From contig CAZOZI010000001.1 of assembly GCA_964584265.1 (NCBI GenBank), forward strand, positions 1,623 through 65,622: 64,000 nt of DNA, in the 5' to 3' direction. Below the pieces are notes generated by a model, which was given only the letters and a program-made list of their open reading frames with translations, was not told the DNA's origin and made no database searches. Below, piece by piece: positions 39,816 to 48,918 of the stretch; within the stretch, counting starts at the first letter, position 1, and each line of letters opens with the position of its first letter. This DNA is from an uncultured Candidatus Saccharibacteria bacterium (GTDB lineage Bacteria > Patescibacteriota > Saccharimonadia > Saccharimonadales > CAYVSP01). The translations under genes and the position numbers were made by a program.

Positions 39816-40580
39816 ATGTCCGAAAACAAAGTAACTGCTACTCAGTATAATGACCCTGCGCATAACTATCTTCACTACTGGGATGGGCGCGATTATGAGA
39901 ATGCGGCTGAAGTTATCGCGATTAAGCGTCTTCTCAAGGGTAAACACTTTAAGCATGCTATTGATATTGGCGGCGGCTATGGGCGGCTATGTGTACTCTT
40001 AAAAAAGTACGCCACTAAAGTTACTCTGGCCGAGCCCTCACAACAACAGCTTGATATCGCTGCAGATTATCTAAAAGACTATCCTGATATTGAACGTAAA
40101 CTCATGCAAGCTGACGATATGCCTTATGACAATGGCAGCCTAGATCTAATTACCATGATCCGTGTGATGCACCACCTGCCAAATCCGGCTCCAGAGTTCA
40201 AGGAAATTGCTCGAGTTTTAAGCTCTGATGGTCTTTTTATTCTAGAAGTGGCTAATTATGTGCATTTTCGCAATCGGCTTAAGCAAATTGCTAAACTCAG
40301 TCGCTTCCCATCTGAACCGGTCGATATACGCTCGGCGAAGCATAAACAAGCCAACGAAGTCCCCTTCGTAAACCACAACCCAAGAACCGTTATTAAACAG
40401 TTGGCCCATGCTGGCCTTAAAGTCGAAAGAACTCTTTCGGTTTCAAACTTGCGTAGCACGGCATTAAAGAAAGTATTGCCAGTTAAGGTAATGTTGGCAC
40501 TTGAAAAGCCAATGCAAACAACCTTAGCTAAAATCTACTTTGGCCCCAGCACCTTCTTTCTGATCCATAAAGTCAAATAA
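39816..40580 (+). CDS. class I SAM-dependent methyltransferase
   Basis: Motif I AIDIGGGYGRL. Post-I acidic LAEPS. 254 aa. Confidence 0.75.
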   Translation: MSENKVTATQYNDPAHNYLHYWDGRDYENAAEVIAIKRLLKGKHFKHAIDIGGGYGRLCVLLKKYATKVTLAEPSQQQLDIAADYLKDYPDIERKLMQADDMPYDNGSLDLITMIRVMHHLPNPAPEFKEIARVLSSDGLFILEVANYVHFRNRLKQIAKLSRFPSEPVDIRSAKHKQANEVPFVNHNPRTVIKQLAHAGLKVERTLSVSNLRSTALKKVLPVKVMLALEKPMQTTLAKIYFGPSTFFLIHKVK

Positions 40581-40594
40581 ACTATACTGTAGAT

Positions 40595-42631
40595 ATGACC
40601 CTTAATGACCCGCTAACGGTCGTCAAAGGTGTGGGCAAGGAGCTTGTAAAAAAGTTTGCGGTGTTCAATATCACCACGCTCGAAGATCTTATTACTAACT
40701 ACCCACGCCGTTATGATGACTACTCTGCCATACAAACGGTTGCACAACTTAAACCGGGGACCGTAACTATCCAAGCTAGTATTAAGCAAACAAAAGGACG
40801 TTATGTGCGCCGTGGTATGCATATAACCGAGGCTATAGCGAGTGATGAAAGCGGCAGTGTACGACTAGTCTGGTTCAATCAGCCCTACCGCGCTGCTTCC
40901 CTAAAAGCAAATCAAGAATATTACATTTCTGGTGAGTTTGGGCTCCACTATCAACGCTTAAGCATACAAAATCCATCAATCGAGTTAGCAAGTAGTTTTC
41001 CGGTTAGTACTGCCCGGATCGTGCCTATTTACAGAGAAACAAAAGGTTTAAAATCTCACCAAATTCGGCGGATTATGCGAGAGCTCATGCCGCTCGTTCA
41101 AAATCTTCCAGAAACATTGCCAGAGTGGCTAGTGAAGGAGCAAAGGCTTATGTATCGTGCTCAAGCAGTCCAAATGATGCAATTCCCTGCCAATTCAAAA
41201 GCGCTGGCGGATGCAAAACGACGCTTAGGTTTCGAAGAAGTATTTGAGCTGAGCCTGGCTGCATTACTCAACAAGTACGAACTTCTTAAGGATCATTCAC
41301 TCAAGATTCCATTCAAAGAAGAGCTGGCTAAAGCTTTTGTGGCGCATTTGCCATTCAAGCTCACTTACGCCCAGCGCAAAGTAGTGTGGCAAATTTACCA
41401 GGATATGCAGAAACCGCACCCCATGAACCGTTTGATAGAAGGCGATGTTGGCTCAGGCAAGACCGTAGTGTCTACAATGGCCGCACTCATGGCCATGGAG
41501 CAAGGCTTTCAGGTGGCTTTCATGGCACCCACAGAACTCTTAGCCCGACAACACGCTGATACAATTTACAGACTGCTAGAACCATTGGGCTACGCCAACC
41601 AATTGAGTTTATTGGTTGGTAGTTTAACTCCGACCCAAAAAAAAACTGCTCACGCAAGACTCAAAAAAGGTGATGTGCGTCTTATGATTGGTACGCATGC
41701 ACTTATTCAGGAAAAGGTTGATATGCATAAACTGGGGCTAATTATTATTGATGAACAACATCGGTTTGGTGTGGAGCAACGTAAAAAGCTTCAAAGTAAA
41801 GCTGGGCATATGCCGCATGTTTTGTCGCTAACGGCTACACCAATTCCGCGGAGCCTGGCCTTAACTCTGTATGGGGAGCTGGACATTTCTATTATTGATA
41901 CCAAACCGGCTGAGCGCAAACCAATTATCACTAAACTAATGCCACCAAGTGACAGATTAAGCTTGTACAAAAAAGTTGAAGAAGAGCTAAATAAAGGCCG
42001 TCAAGCTTTTGTGGTAACTCCTTTGATAGTTGAATCTAACACTATGTGGGCTCAGTCGGCCGAAAAAGTCTACGAGTCCCTTCGCAAAGGTCCATTCAAA
42101 CGACGTCGCGTTGGTCTGCTGCACGGCAAGTTGAAAAGTGAAGAAAAGAATAAAACCATGGAACAATTTGTTAATCGCGAGCTGGACTTACTAGTAACTA
42201 CTACAGTCATAGAAGTTGGTGTAGATGTGCCAAATGCGACCGTTATGATGATTGAAAATGCTGAGCGTTTCGGGCTGGCGCAAATACATCAGCTGCGCGG
42301 CAGAGTCGGGCGTAGTGAGCACCAAGGTTATTGTTACTTAATGCTGAGTGATGCAACTCAGCCAAGCCGACGTTTGCGTGCACTTGAGTCTATTAACGAT
42401 GGCTTTGAACTAGCCGAACTGGATTTGGAACTACGTGGTCCTGGCGCAATTTATGGCTCGTCGCAACACGGTGCACTTGATTTGAGGATAGCTACGCTTA
42501 GTGATACAAAGCTTATTGCCTCAGCTCGCCAAGCCGCCCAACAATTTATTGATGACAGCGATGATTTGCTAAAATATAAGCACTTACACAAGCGCGTTAC
42601 ACAATTGCGAAGCGTTACTAACTTGAACTAA
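40595..42631 (+). CDS. recG: ATP-dependent DNA helicase RecG
   Basis: Wedge/OB domain. Helicase motifs GDVGSGKT, DEQH (IIDEQHRFG), QLRGRVGR. 678 aa. Confidence 0.93.
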   Translation: MTLNDPLTVVKGVGKELVKKFAVFNITTLEDLITNYPRRYDDYSAIQTVAQLKPGTVTIQASIKQTKGRYVRRGMHITEAIASDESGSVRLVWFNQPYRAASLKANQEYYISGEFGLHYQRLSIQNPSIELASSFPVSTARIVPIYRETKGLKSHQIRRIMRELMPLVQNLPETLPEWLVKEQRLMYRAQAVQMMQFPANSKALADAKRRLGFEEVFELSLAALLNKYELLKDHSLKIPFKEELAKAFVAHLPFKLTYAQRKVVWQIYQDMQKPHPMNRLIEGDVGSGKTVVSTMAALMAMEQGFQVAFMAPTELLARQHADTIYRLLEPLGYANQLSLLVGSLTPTQKKTAHARLKKGDVRLMIGTHALIQEKVDMHKLGLIIIDEQHRFGVEQRKKLQSKAGHMPHVLSLTATPIPRSLALTLYGELDISIIDTKPAERKPIITKLMPPSDRLSLYKKVEEELNKGRQAFVVTPLIVESNTMWAQSAEKVYESLRKGPFKRRRVGLLHGKLKSEEKNKTMEQFVNRELDLLVTTTVIEVGVDVPNATVMMIENAERFGLAQIHQLRGRVGRSEHQGYCYLMLSDATQPSRRLRALESINDGFELAELDLELRGPGAIYGSSQHGALDLRIATLSDTKLIASARQAAQQFIDDSDDLLKYKHLHKRVTQLRSVTNLN

Positions 42632-42645
42632 GGATTCTTTTTGTT

Positions 42646-43470
42646 ATGTATTCAGGCACTACGCTCACTAAGTTTTCTGGCCGCATTGTTGGCGCGCACC
42701 AAAAAATTGACAGTGTGGCACGGCGCCATCTTAATAAACTACTGGACGATGAAAAAGTATTCCCTTCAATCCACCAAATCTTACAGTTTGAAGGTAGGAA
42801 TGGGCCAGATGGTATTAAAACTAAAAGCCCAGCTCGCGATGAGCCGTGGCACTACTACAGCCCATTTAATGATGAAGAAGGTAAAATCTTTCATCTGATT
42901 GATTCTCACTATAGTCAACTTGTAAAACAGTTAAAAGAAGGTGACAAGGAACGTGCCGCCTTTGAGGCCGCTTGGCTGGCGCATGCTCTTGTAGATGGTC
43001 TGACACCCGCTCATCACTATCCGTACGAGGAAAAACTCACTGAGCTTCGTAGTGGGCAAGGTATCGAAACCCGTACAAGCTTTAAAGAGAAATTGGTTAT
43101 GCACGGTGAAACCAGACGCGAAAAAGCAAAAAACAACTGGAAAATGTGGGGCGCCAGAGGCTTATTCACCACTCATTTTTTGTTTGAAATGGGTATTGCA
43201 ATGCTCATAAAACCACTTAGTTTTGGCGAGGCAACTCCTAGTAAAAGTGATACTGAAGAGTTTGCGAAGCTTGGGTTAAGCGAATGGTTTAAGCGAAAAG
43301 CACGAGAAATTGCTGTGCTGGACATGTACGATGTCTACTATCGCAAGGGCTGGACACCGCGTTTAGCGTATCAAGTACGCCATAAGCTTGGCCCAGTAAT
43401 TGTCCAGACGGTTACACTAGCGTGGTACGCAGCGTTGTGCGATGCTGGCGTGGTAAAACGGCCCGACTAA
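42646..43470 (+). CDS. zinc-dependent phospholipase C / P1-nuclease superfamily-like protein, cytoplasmic
   Basis: WLAHALVDGLTPAHH resembles the HxLxD(x)3PxH zinc-ligand motif of the PLC/S1-P1 family. No signal peptide. Confidence 0.4.
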   Translation: MYSGTTLTKFSGRIVGAHQKIDSVARRHLNKLLDDEKVFPSIHQILQFEGRNGPDGIKTKSPARDEPWHYYSPFNDEEGKIFHLIDSHYSQLVKQLKEGDKERAAFEAAWLAHALVDGLTPAHHYPYEEKLTELRSGQGIETRTSFKEKLVMHGETRREKAKNNWKMWGARGLFTTHFLFEMGIAMLIKPLSFGEATPSKSDTEEFAKLGLSEWFKRKAREIAVLDMYDVYYRKGWTPRLAYQVRHKLGPVIVQTVTLAWYAALCDAGVVKRPD

Positions 43471-44006
43471 TGCGTATTATTGCTGGGAAATTAGGCGGCC
43501 GGAATTTTGATGCTCCTAATGGACAGCGTACCCATCCCATGAGCGATAAAGTACGCGGTGCACTTTTTAACATGCTTGGCGATATTAATGGCTTATCAAT
43601 ACTGGACGCTTTTGCGGGCAGTGGCGCCCTTAGTCTGGAAGCCATAAGCCGCGGTGCTGAATATGTTGTAGCCATTGACATAGATAAGCGTGCTTACAAC
43701 ACCATGGTCAGCAATGCGCGAGCGCTCAACATCGATAAAAAGCAGCTTAGGACTGTGCGAGCAAACGTAAGCAGTTGGTCTGACAATAATGAGAATGAGG
43801 CGTTTGACATTGCGATTGTCGCGCCGCCTTATGATGATTTGCAACCTCCGCTTCTGGAAAAAATAGTGAGACATGCAAAAGATAAGGGTTTATATGTGCT
43901 TGATTGGCCTGGCCACAAGTCACCACCGGAGTTCAGTGGATTGCAACAGCTAGCTCAGCGCAATTACGGCGACGCTCAACTGGTCTTTTACCGCAAAACT
44001 TCGTAA
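43470..44006 (+). CDS. rsmD: 16S rRNA (guanine966-N2)-methyltransferase RsmD
   Basis: MRIIAGKLGGR...LDAFAGSGALSLEAISRGA...IAIVAPPY (DPPY-type motif). TAATG coupling with upstream gene. Confidence 0.82.
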   Translation: MRIIAGKLGGRNFDAPNGQRTHPMSDKVRGALFNMLGDINGLSILDAFAGSGALSLEAISRGAEYVVAIDIDKRAYNTMVSNARALNIDKKQLRTVRANVSSWSDNNENEAFDIAIVAPPYDDLQPPLLEKIVRHAKDKGLYVLDWPGHKSPPEFSGLQQLAQRNYGDAQLVFYRKTS

Positions 44007-44090
44007 ACCTTTGTTAAAAATGCTCGTGCTTGCAAATTCGACCGCGCGTATTATGCTCACTAGTAGCACAATTAATCATAAGAGGATGGT

Positions 44091-44690
44091 ATGGATAAAA
44101 GAGGCATGCGAGATGCGTTAGCGGAGCACCATAGGGTGCAAAAACACCGAGCTGAGTTCAAAGCAGTTACAGAAACGGATCCCGGTGTTCCAGAGCGTTC
44201 GCGTGGCTTAGACTCTCTCACACGGTTTAATAAAATTGCCGCTGACGTACAATTGATGCCCAGGCGAGAACCTAGTGTTACCGCAACAGATAGAGTTTTT
44301 AATAGATCATATTACCCAAACGGAATCCTGCTCGTACCTGATCCACCGCAAGGCTACAGCACATTGGGTGTTAGATGGGAATCAGATGTTATGCCTACAC
44401 AAGGCCCGCTCGCTCCAGAACAAGTTAGCGCCCAAGTTATTTGGCTGGGTGTGCTTGCCGAAGGCGTTGCTCCAGAATTAACAGCTCGTAATTTTGAATA
44501 CACTGAGCAATGTTATCAATGGATGTTTCGGGACGATCCTGAAAAACCCAAGCCCGAGCATTTAGTCGAACTAAATAAATTAGAACATTCACTAATTTTG
44601 TTTGAAAAACTAGTGAAGGCAGATCCTACAGCTGCGTATAAAGCAGGGATTTCTGAAAATTACATGGCAGCAATTGCAGCTAGACCCTAG
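44091..44690 (+). CDS. hypothetical protein (199 aa)
   Basis: ORF preceded by TTGCAA-N17-TATTAT-like promoter (about 44029-44057) and GAGGA RBS. Confidence 0.5.
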   Translation: MDKRGMRDALAEHHRVQKHRAEFKAVTETDPGVPERSRGLDSLTRFNKIAADVQLMPRREPSVTATDRVFNRSYYPNGILLVPDPPQGYSTLGVRWESDVMPTQGPLAPEQVSAQVIWLGVLAEGVAPELTARNFEYTEQCYQWMFRDDPEKPKPEHLVELNKLEHSLILFEKLVKADPTAAYKAGISENYMAAIAARP

Positions 44691-44759
44691 TAGGTCTTTG
44701 CTACTCTTGAGCTTGTGGACGATAGAACAGCTTTGCTTGGTTTCTTAACCTATATTTTT

Positions 44760-44765
44760 TATAAT
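44760..44765 (+). promoter_or_regulatory. -10 box (TATAAT) 9 nt upstream of tRNA-Leu 5' end
   Basis: TTTTTTATAATGATGCCAAT|GCCGGG; the -35 is not clean. Confidence 0.35.
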
Positions 44766-44774
44766 GATGCCAAT

Positions 44775-44859
44775 GCCGGGATGGCGAAATTGGTAGACGC
44801 ACTAGGTTTAGGACCTAGCGGGGCAACCCATGGAGGTTCGAGTCCTCTTCCCGGCACCA
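44775..44859 (+). tRNA. tRNA-Leu (anticodon UAG), type II with long variable arm, CCA encoded
   Basis: GCCGGGA acceptor pairs with TCCCGGC. D-arm GCGA/AATTGGTAGA/CGC. Anticodon stem CTAGG/CCTAG with loop TTTAGGA (UAG, G37). Long variable arm. T-arm GAGG-TTCGAGT-CCTC. Discriminator A + CCA. Confidence 0.9.
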
Positions 44860-45033
44860 TTGACAACAATAAAAGTTATGCTAAAGTAGATTCCATGGTT
44901 ATTCGACCGATCAGTATTAAGCGTTGGCATCATGCCTCTCACCGCCGTATTTTGCGAGCGGATGGCTTTGTGATGTTGCACGATCGTCAGAGTATCAAGA
45001 TATAAAACACTAAACTTCCATCACAGGCTTATC

Positions 45034-45060
45034 TAGCTCAGCAAACAAGCTGAGCTTTTT
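45034..45060 (+). terminator. rho-independent terminator about 175 nt downstream of tRNA-Leu
   Basis: AGCTCAGC-AAACAA-GCTGAGCT followed by TTTTTT. Confidence 0.7.
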
Positions 45061-45081
45061 TAATTTAAATGGACTAGAAAG

Positions 45082-47139
45082 ATGACAGACTTACAAATCA
45101 GTACACAATATGAAGCTGCAAAAAACCTATATAGCAAACACGAACCTTTGTTAGTAGGTCGGTTTGTATTGGGACAAGATGATATACGCCTTCTACCCCT
45201 TAATCTAGACGATATATATAACCGCGTATTTGATTCATTCAAAGATAACCCTGGCAAGGCTATGGCATGGGCCAAAACTTTTGGCAAATTGAGTATAACC
45301 ATTGCTCTTGATGGCTCACCAACAACTTTTGAGTTAGATCGAGCTAAGGACTACCCACCCGCTAATAGAGCTGAGTTAATAACGGACAAGCCTTATGCAA
45401 TTTCTGAAATGTTCTACGCAGAAGATAAGGACTCACCTTTTACCTTAGTATTGTGTGATGATGGTGCCAAACGCACTGAGCTTAACCTTATTAAAGCCCT
45501 TCACATGGTTGACTATGGTTTGATAACTGGGCAGCTTTCACCAACCGAACAACCTGAAATCAGGATTGTGGCTGCTACACCGGATGAGCTTGTGCGAATA
45601 AGCAGTGATTTTGAGGATATAGGTTTAAGACTTTACGGAAACGTTCGGTCAGATAAAGATGCTCCAGAAGTCTTAGGCAGCGTATTGCCTTCTGCTGTAC
45701 TTGAAAACTCTCAAATGGCGACCATGCTGCTAAACAATTCAGCAGAAGTGCCATATACCTTACCTGTATCTGTGCCCACTCGCGAACGTATTAATGTATG
45801 TGCCGCTGGTGTAACTACTGCGAAACGACCACACATCGGCCACGCCTTTCTCCTGGCAAAAGCATTGAGCGAACCTGCTTTTACTGGAGACTTGGTTGTT
45901 GAACTCAACGACCTTGGGCCACGAGTAGCGCAAGCCGTGGCATCCTTTGCGAGCCAAAATGCATTAACATTCGAAGAGGCAGCAACATCTATCTCAAGCG
46001 GAGCTGTTTCTATTGCTGATATTGAAAAAGCTTACATGGCTCGTGATACTAGACAAGCGGCACAGTCTTTACCGACTAATTTTTCCTTAAGAGCTAGCAA
46101 TCGTTACTACGAGAACCTACTTACAGAACTTGCTCCTACTGATACAACCATACGATTTATCGCTAATTCAGACTTGGGTAGTTTAATGCAAGAGCTGGAT
46201 GCCAAACCAGGTTCGCTACCAGTGTTTGGCGATAGCGGCATGGCGCTACTTACTAGTGTTGAAAATGAGGCAGTTGTGGTAAAAAGCGGTGGGGCACCTA
46301 CATTAGCAGGCATTTTGGGTAGCCTATGCACTCGCTACGATATGACTTTTGCAGATAGCCCTAAACCGCTTGATGGTCGAAAGTCTAAGGTATTTGCACA
46401 GAATGGGCTGAACATAGCACAAGTTCCTGGTATGGGAGTGAGTATTGACTTTGATGTGGCCTCTGGGACTAAGGGCGATTCTCCTCTTATTGAAGTACTG
46501 AAGAACGTAGCGAACTACTACGGGTGTTCTGGTAAAGACTTCTTACTGATTTGTAGGAGTATGCTAGAAAAAGCATATTTTGTTCCAGGCGATGGCAATA
46601 GCCTTAATCCTAACTACGCGTCGAGTGAAGCACTAATGTGTAGCTTTGAAGCTGCCGCACAAAACCTGGCTTTGGGCGGGAGTAACGGCTTAGATCTTTA
46701 CAAACCGCTCAAGCTAAAACGAGTAATGCCCATGGTAGCAAAAGAGTTATTAACGAGATTATATCCAACTTACAATCCTACTCGAAAACAGTCACCGCAG
46801 AGCTTATTAGCTTTGCTGGGATCTGATCCAGAACTAGGGTTTAGTGAGAAGCTAAGAGATTATGCAGCAAGCCATCCACAAGTTGACAAGACTATACCGC
46901 GAACATTCTATGAAACGGGCGATTACAAATTACTAGATGCCTTACGCTCAACAACCCCAAGTTTTGTGTTGCAAGCTCTCGCGCGAAAACTAGTGACAAC
47001 ATCCGAAGACGTTAGTGTGTTGTTATCAGGTAGTTTGCTGCAAGAAGTTCAACAAGCTATGGGGTATGAACCGTCCCAGTTAGATGTGTTTCTAGCGAAA
47101 CTACAGAACAGCAAAGAAGTCTACTGTTATGATGGGTAG
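45082..47139 (+). CDS. large hypothetical protein (685 aa) with class-I-aaRS-like HIGH signature
   Basis: Long ORF. INVCAAGVTTAKRPHIGHAFLL resembles the CysRS/ArgRS HIGH region (VCGPT...HIGHA). About 180 aa later, GRKSKV is a weak KMSKS-like stretch. Overlaps the HIT gene by 11 nt. Confidence 0.6.
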   Translation: MTDLQISTQYEAAKNLYSKHEPLLVGRFVLGQDDIRLLPLNLDDIYNRVFDSFKDNPGKAMAWAKTFGKLSITIALDGSPTTFELDRAKDYPPANRAELITDKPYAISEMFYAEDKDSPFTLVLCDDGAKRTELNLIKALHMVDYGLITGQLSPTEQPEIRIVAATPDELVRISSDFEDIGLRLYGNVRSDKDAPEVLGSVLPSAVLENSQMATMLLNNSAEVPYTLPVSVPTRERINVCAAGVTTAKRPHIGHAFLLAKALSEPAFTGDLVVELNDLGPRVAQAVASFASQNALTFEEAATSISSGAVSIADIEKAYMARDTRQAAQSLPTNFSLRASNRYYENLLTELAPTDTTIRFIANSDLGSLMQELDAKPGSLPVFGDSGMALLTSVENEAVVVKSGGAPTLAGILGSLCTRYDMTFADSPKPLDGRKSKVFAQNGLNIAQVPGMGVSIDFDVASGTKGDSPLIEVLKNVANYYGCSGKDFLLICRSMLEKAYFVPGDGNSLNPNYASSEALMCSFEAAAQNLALGGSNGLDLYKPLKLKRVMPMVAKELLTRLYPTYNPTRKQSPQSLLALLGSDPELGFSEKLRDYAASHPQVDKTIPRTFYETGDYKLLDALRSTTPSFVLQALARKLVTTSEDVSVLLSGSLLQEVQQAMGYEPSQLDVFLAKLQNSKEVYCYDG

Positions 47140-47584
47140 TATGTGTCCTTTTTGTGATCCTAAACAAAACTACCGATTCTTAATGGAAAAGAAACTGGTA
47201 CGGGCTCTCTATGCCAAAAATCCCGCATGTCGCTACCACGTACTAATAGTGCCAAAGAGGCACATTAAACACATTGACGAGCTTACAGATGGAGAATGGG
47301 CAGAGTTCCTAGATATTGTGAAAACTATGGACATGACAATGCGCTCATTAGAAGAATACATAGGCTATAACTTGCTCTCTAACAATGGTGATGAGAGAAT
47401 AAGACAAAGAGTAGATCACTGCCACATACATATGTTTCTAAGAACCAAAGACGAGCAAGACGATCCATTGATTAGCAAGCATTCTCCATTCGGAAAGGAC
47501 CTTACAGCAGCCGAAAGAGCAAGTATGCTGAAGCTTAAGCAATTGTTGATTAAAACCAGTGCCCCACCTGTTACAATGGAATAA
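47129..47584 (+). CDS. HIT-family (histidine triad) nucleotide hydrolase
   Basis: CPFC...HVLIVPKRH...DHCHIHMFL (HxHxHxx triad). 151 aa. Stops 2 nt before hisS. Confidence 0.8.
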   Translation: MMGSMCPFCDPKQNYRFLMEKKLVRALYAKNPACRYHVLIVPKRHIKHIDELTDGEWAEFLDIVKTMDMTMRSLEEYIGYNLLSNNGDERIRQRVDHCHIHMFLRTKDEQDDPLISKHSPFGKDLTAAERASMLKLKQLLIKTSAPPVTME

Positions 47585-47586
47585 AC

Positions 47587-48894
47587 ATGGCTCTATCGAC
47601 ACAACCATATAAAGGCGCGAGGGATTTTTACCCCGAAGATAAACGTCTGCAAAAATATATGTTCGGCGTTATGCGTGATGTCGTCGAGCAATTTGGCTAT
47701 GAAGAGTATGATGCGCCCGTAATTGAGCCATTAGAGTTATTCCTGGCCAAAACAGGTGACGAAATTGTAAACGAGCAAACCTACGCTTTTACTGACCGGG
47801 GCGATCGTAAGGTTGTAATTCGTCCCGAAATGACGCCGACTGTTAGCCGCATGGTTGCGGGGCGTCGTCAGGAACTGGCTTATCCGCTACGTTGGTATAG
47901 CATTCCAAACTTGTGGCGCTACGAGCGTCCCCAGCGTGGGCGCCTGCGTGAGCATTGGCAACTAAATGTGGATTTGTTTGGTCTTGAAGGCATAGAAGCT
48001 GAGGTGGAAGTCATCCAGGTGGCCGATGCAATTATGCAGGCGTTTAAAGCCAAGCGTGATACCTACACCATTAGGCTCAATAGCCGCAAACTCATGGACA
48101 ATTTACTGACGGAGCATTTGCAGATTTCAGAGGTTGAAGCACAGACTTTGGCTAAGTTGATTGATCGCAGAGATAAGATGGAGCCAGAGAAATTTGTAGC
48201 ACAAGTTGATGCTATTTTGAGTCCATCTGAGCGCGACGCTAGCAAAGGAGAGGAGTTATTGAAACTTCTAAAGGTTCAATCTCTTGATGAACTTCCACAA
48301 GAACTCCAGTCAAATAATTCAGTCAAAGAGTTGAAACTGCTCATTGAGCGCTTGAGTGAACTTGGCATAAGCAATGTTAAGTTTGAGCCAGCCATTGTGC
48401 GCGGATTTGATTACTACACAGACATTGTGTTTGAAGTGTTCGATAATAATCCTACAAATAACAGATCTATGTTTGGCGGTGGTCGCTATGACGGCTTGGT
48501 AGGCCTATTCGGTGTTGATTCAGTTCCTTCTATTGGGTTTGCCATGGGCGACGTTACATTGCAGAATTTTCTAGAAGTTCACAAGCTTCTGCCCCAACTT
48601 AAGCCTGAGACTGACGTTTATGTGGTGCTTATAGGCGATGTAGCCCAAGAAGTTCAACCCATATTAAAAGAATTACGGGAGATGGGCCTAAAGCTGGCAG
48701 TTGATTACAGTGGTCGCAAAGCCGACAGCCAAATCAAAGCAGCGCTCAAACGTCGTTTACAGTACGTTCTATTCATTGGCGAAAAAGAATTAGCTGAGGG
48801 CACATATACGCTTAAGAATCTTATAACTGGCGAGGAAGAACGGCATAGTCCGCAGAGGCTGGTAAGCATTATCAAAGACTATAGAAAAAGTTAG
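47587..48894 (+). CDS. hisS: histidyl-tRNA synthetase
   Basis: GARDFYPED, class II motifs, RxE, anticodon-binding domain. 435 aa. Confidence 0.9.
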   Translation: MALSTQPYKGARDFYPEDKRLQKYMFGVMRDVVEQFGYEEYDAPVIEPLELFLAKTGDEIVNEQTYAFTDRGDRKVVIRPEMTPTVSRMVAGRRQELAYPLRWYSIPNLWRYERPQRGRLREHWQLNVDLFGLEGIEAEVEVIQVADAIMQAFKAKRDTYTIRLNSRKLMDNLLTEHLQISEVEAQTLAKLIDRRDKMEPEKFVAQVDAILSPSERDASKGEELLKLLKVQSLDELPQELQSNNSVKELKLLIERLSELGISNVKFEPAIVRGFDYYTDIVFEVFDNNPTNNRSMFGGGRYDGLVGLFGVDSVPSIGFAMGDVTLQNFLEVHKLLPQLKPETDVYVVLIGDVAQEVQPILKELREMGLKLAVDYSGRKADSQIKAALKRRLQYVLFIGEKELAEGTYTLKNLITGEEERHSPQRLVSIIKDYRKS

Positions 48895-48918
48895 TGTAAG
48901 GTGTTATAGTAGCCTTTC

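Noticed and set aside
44715-45005. 96-aa ORF on the plus strand overlapping the tRNA-Leu gene
   Set aside because: Its first half is read through the tRNA itself. Only the distal ~36 codons after an internal ATG could be real (noted as a low-interest finding).
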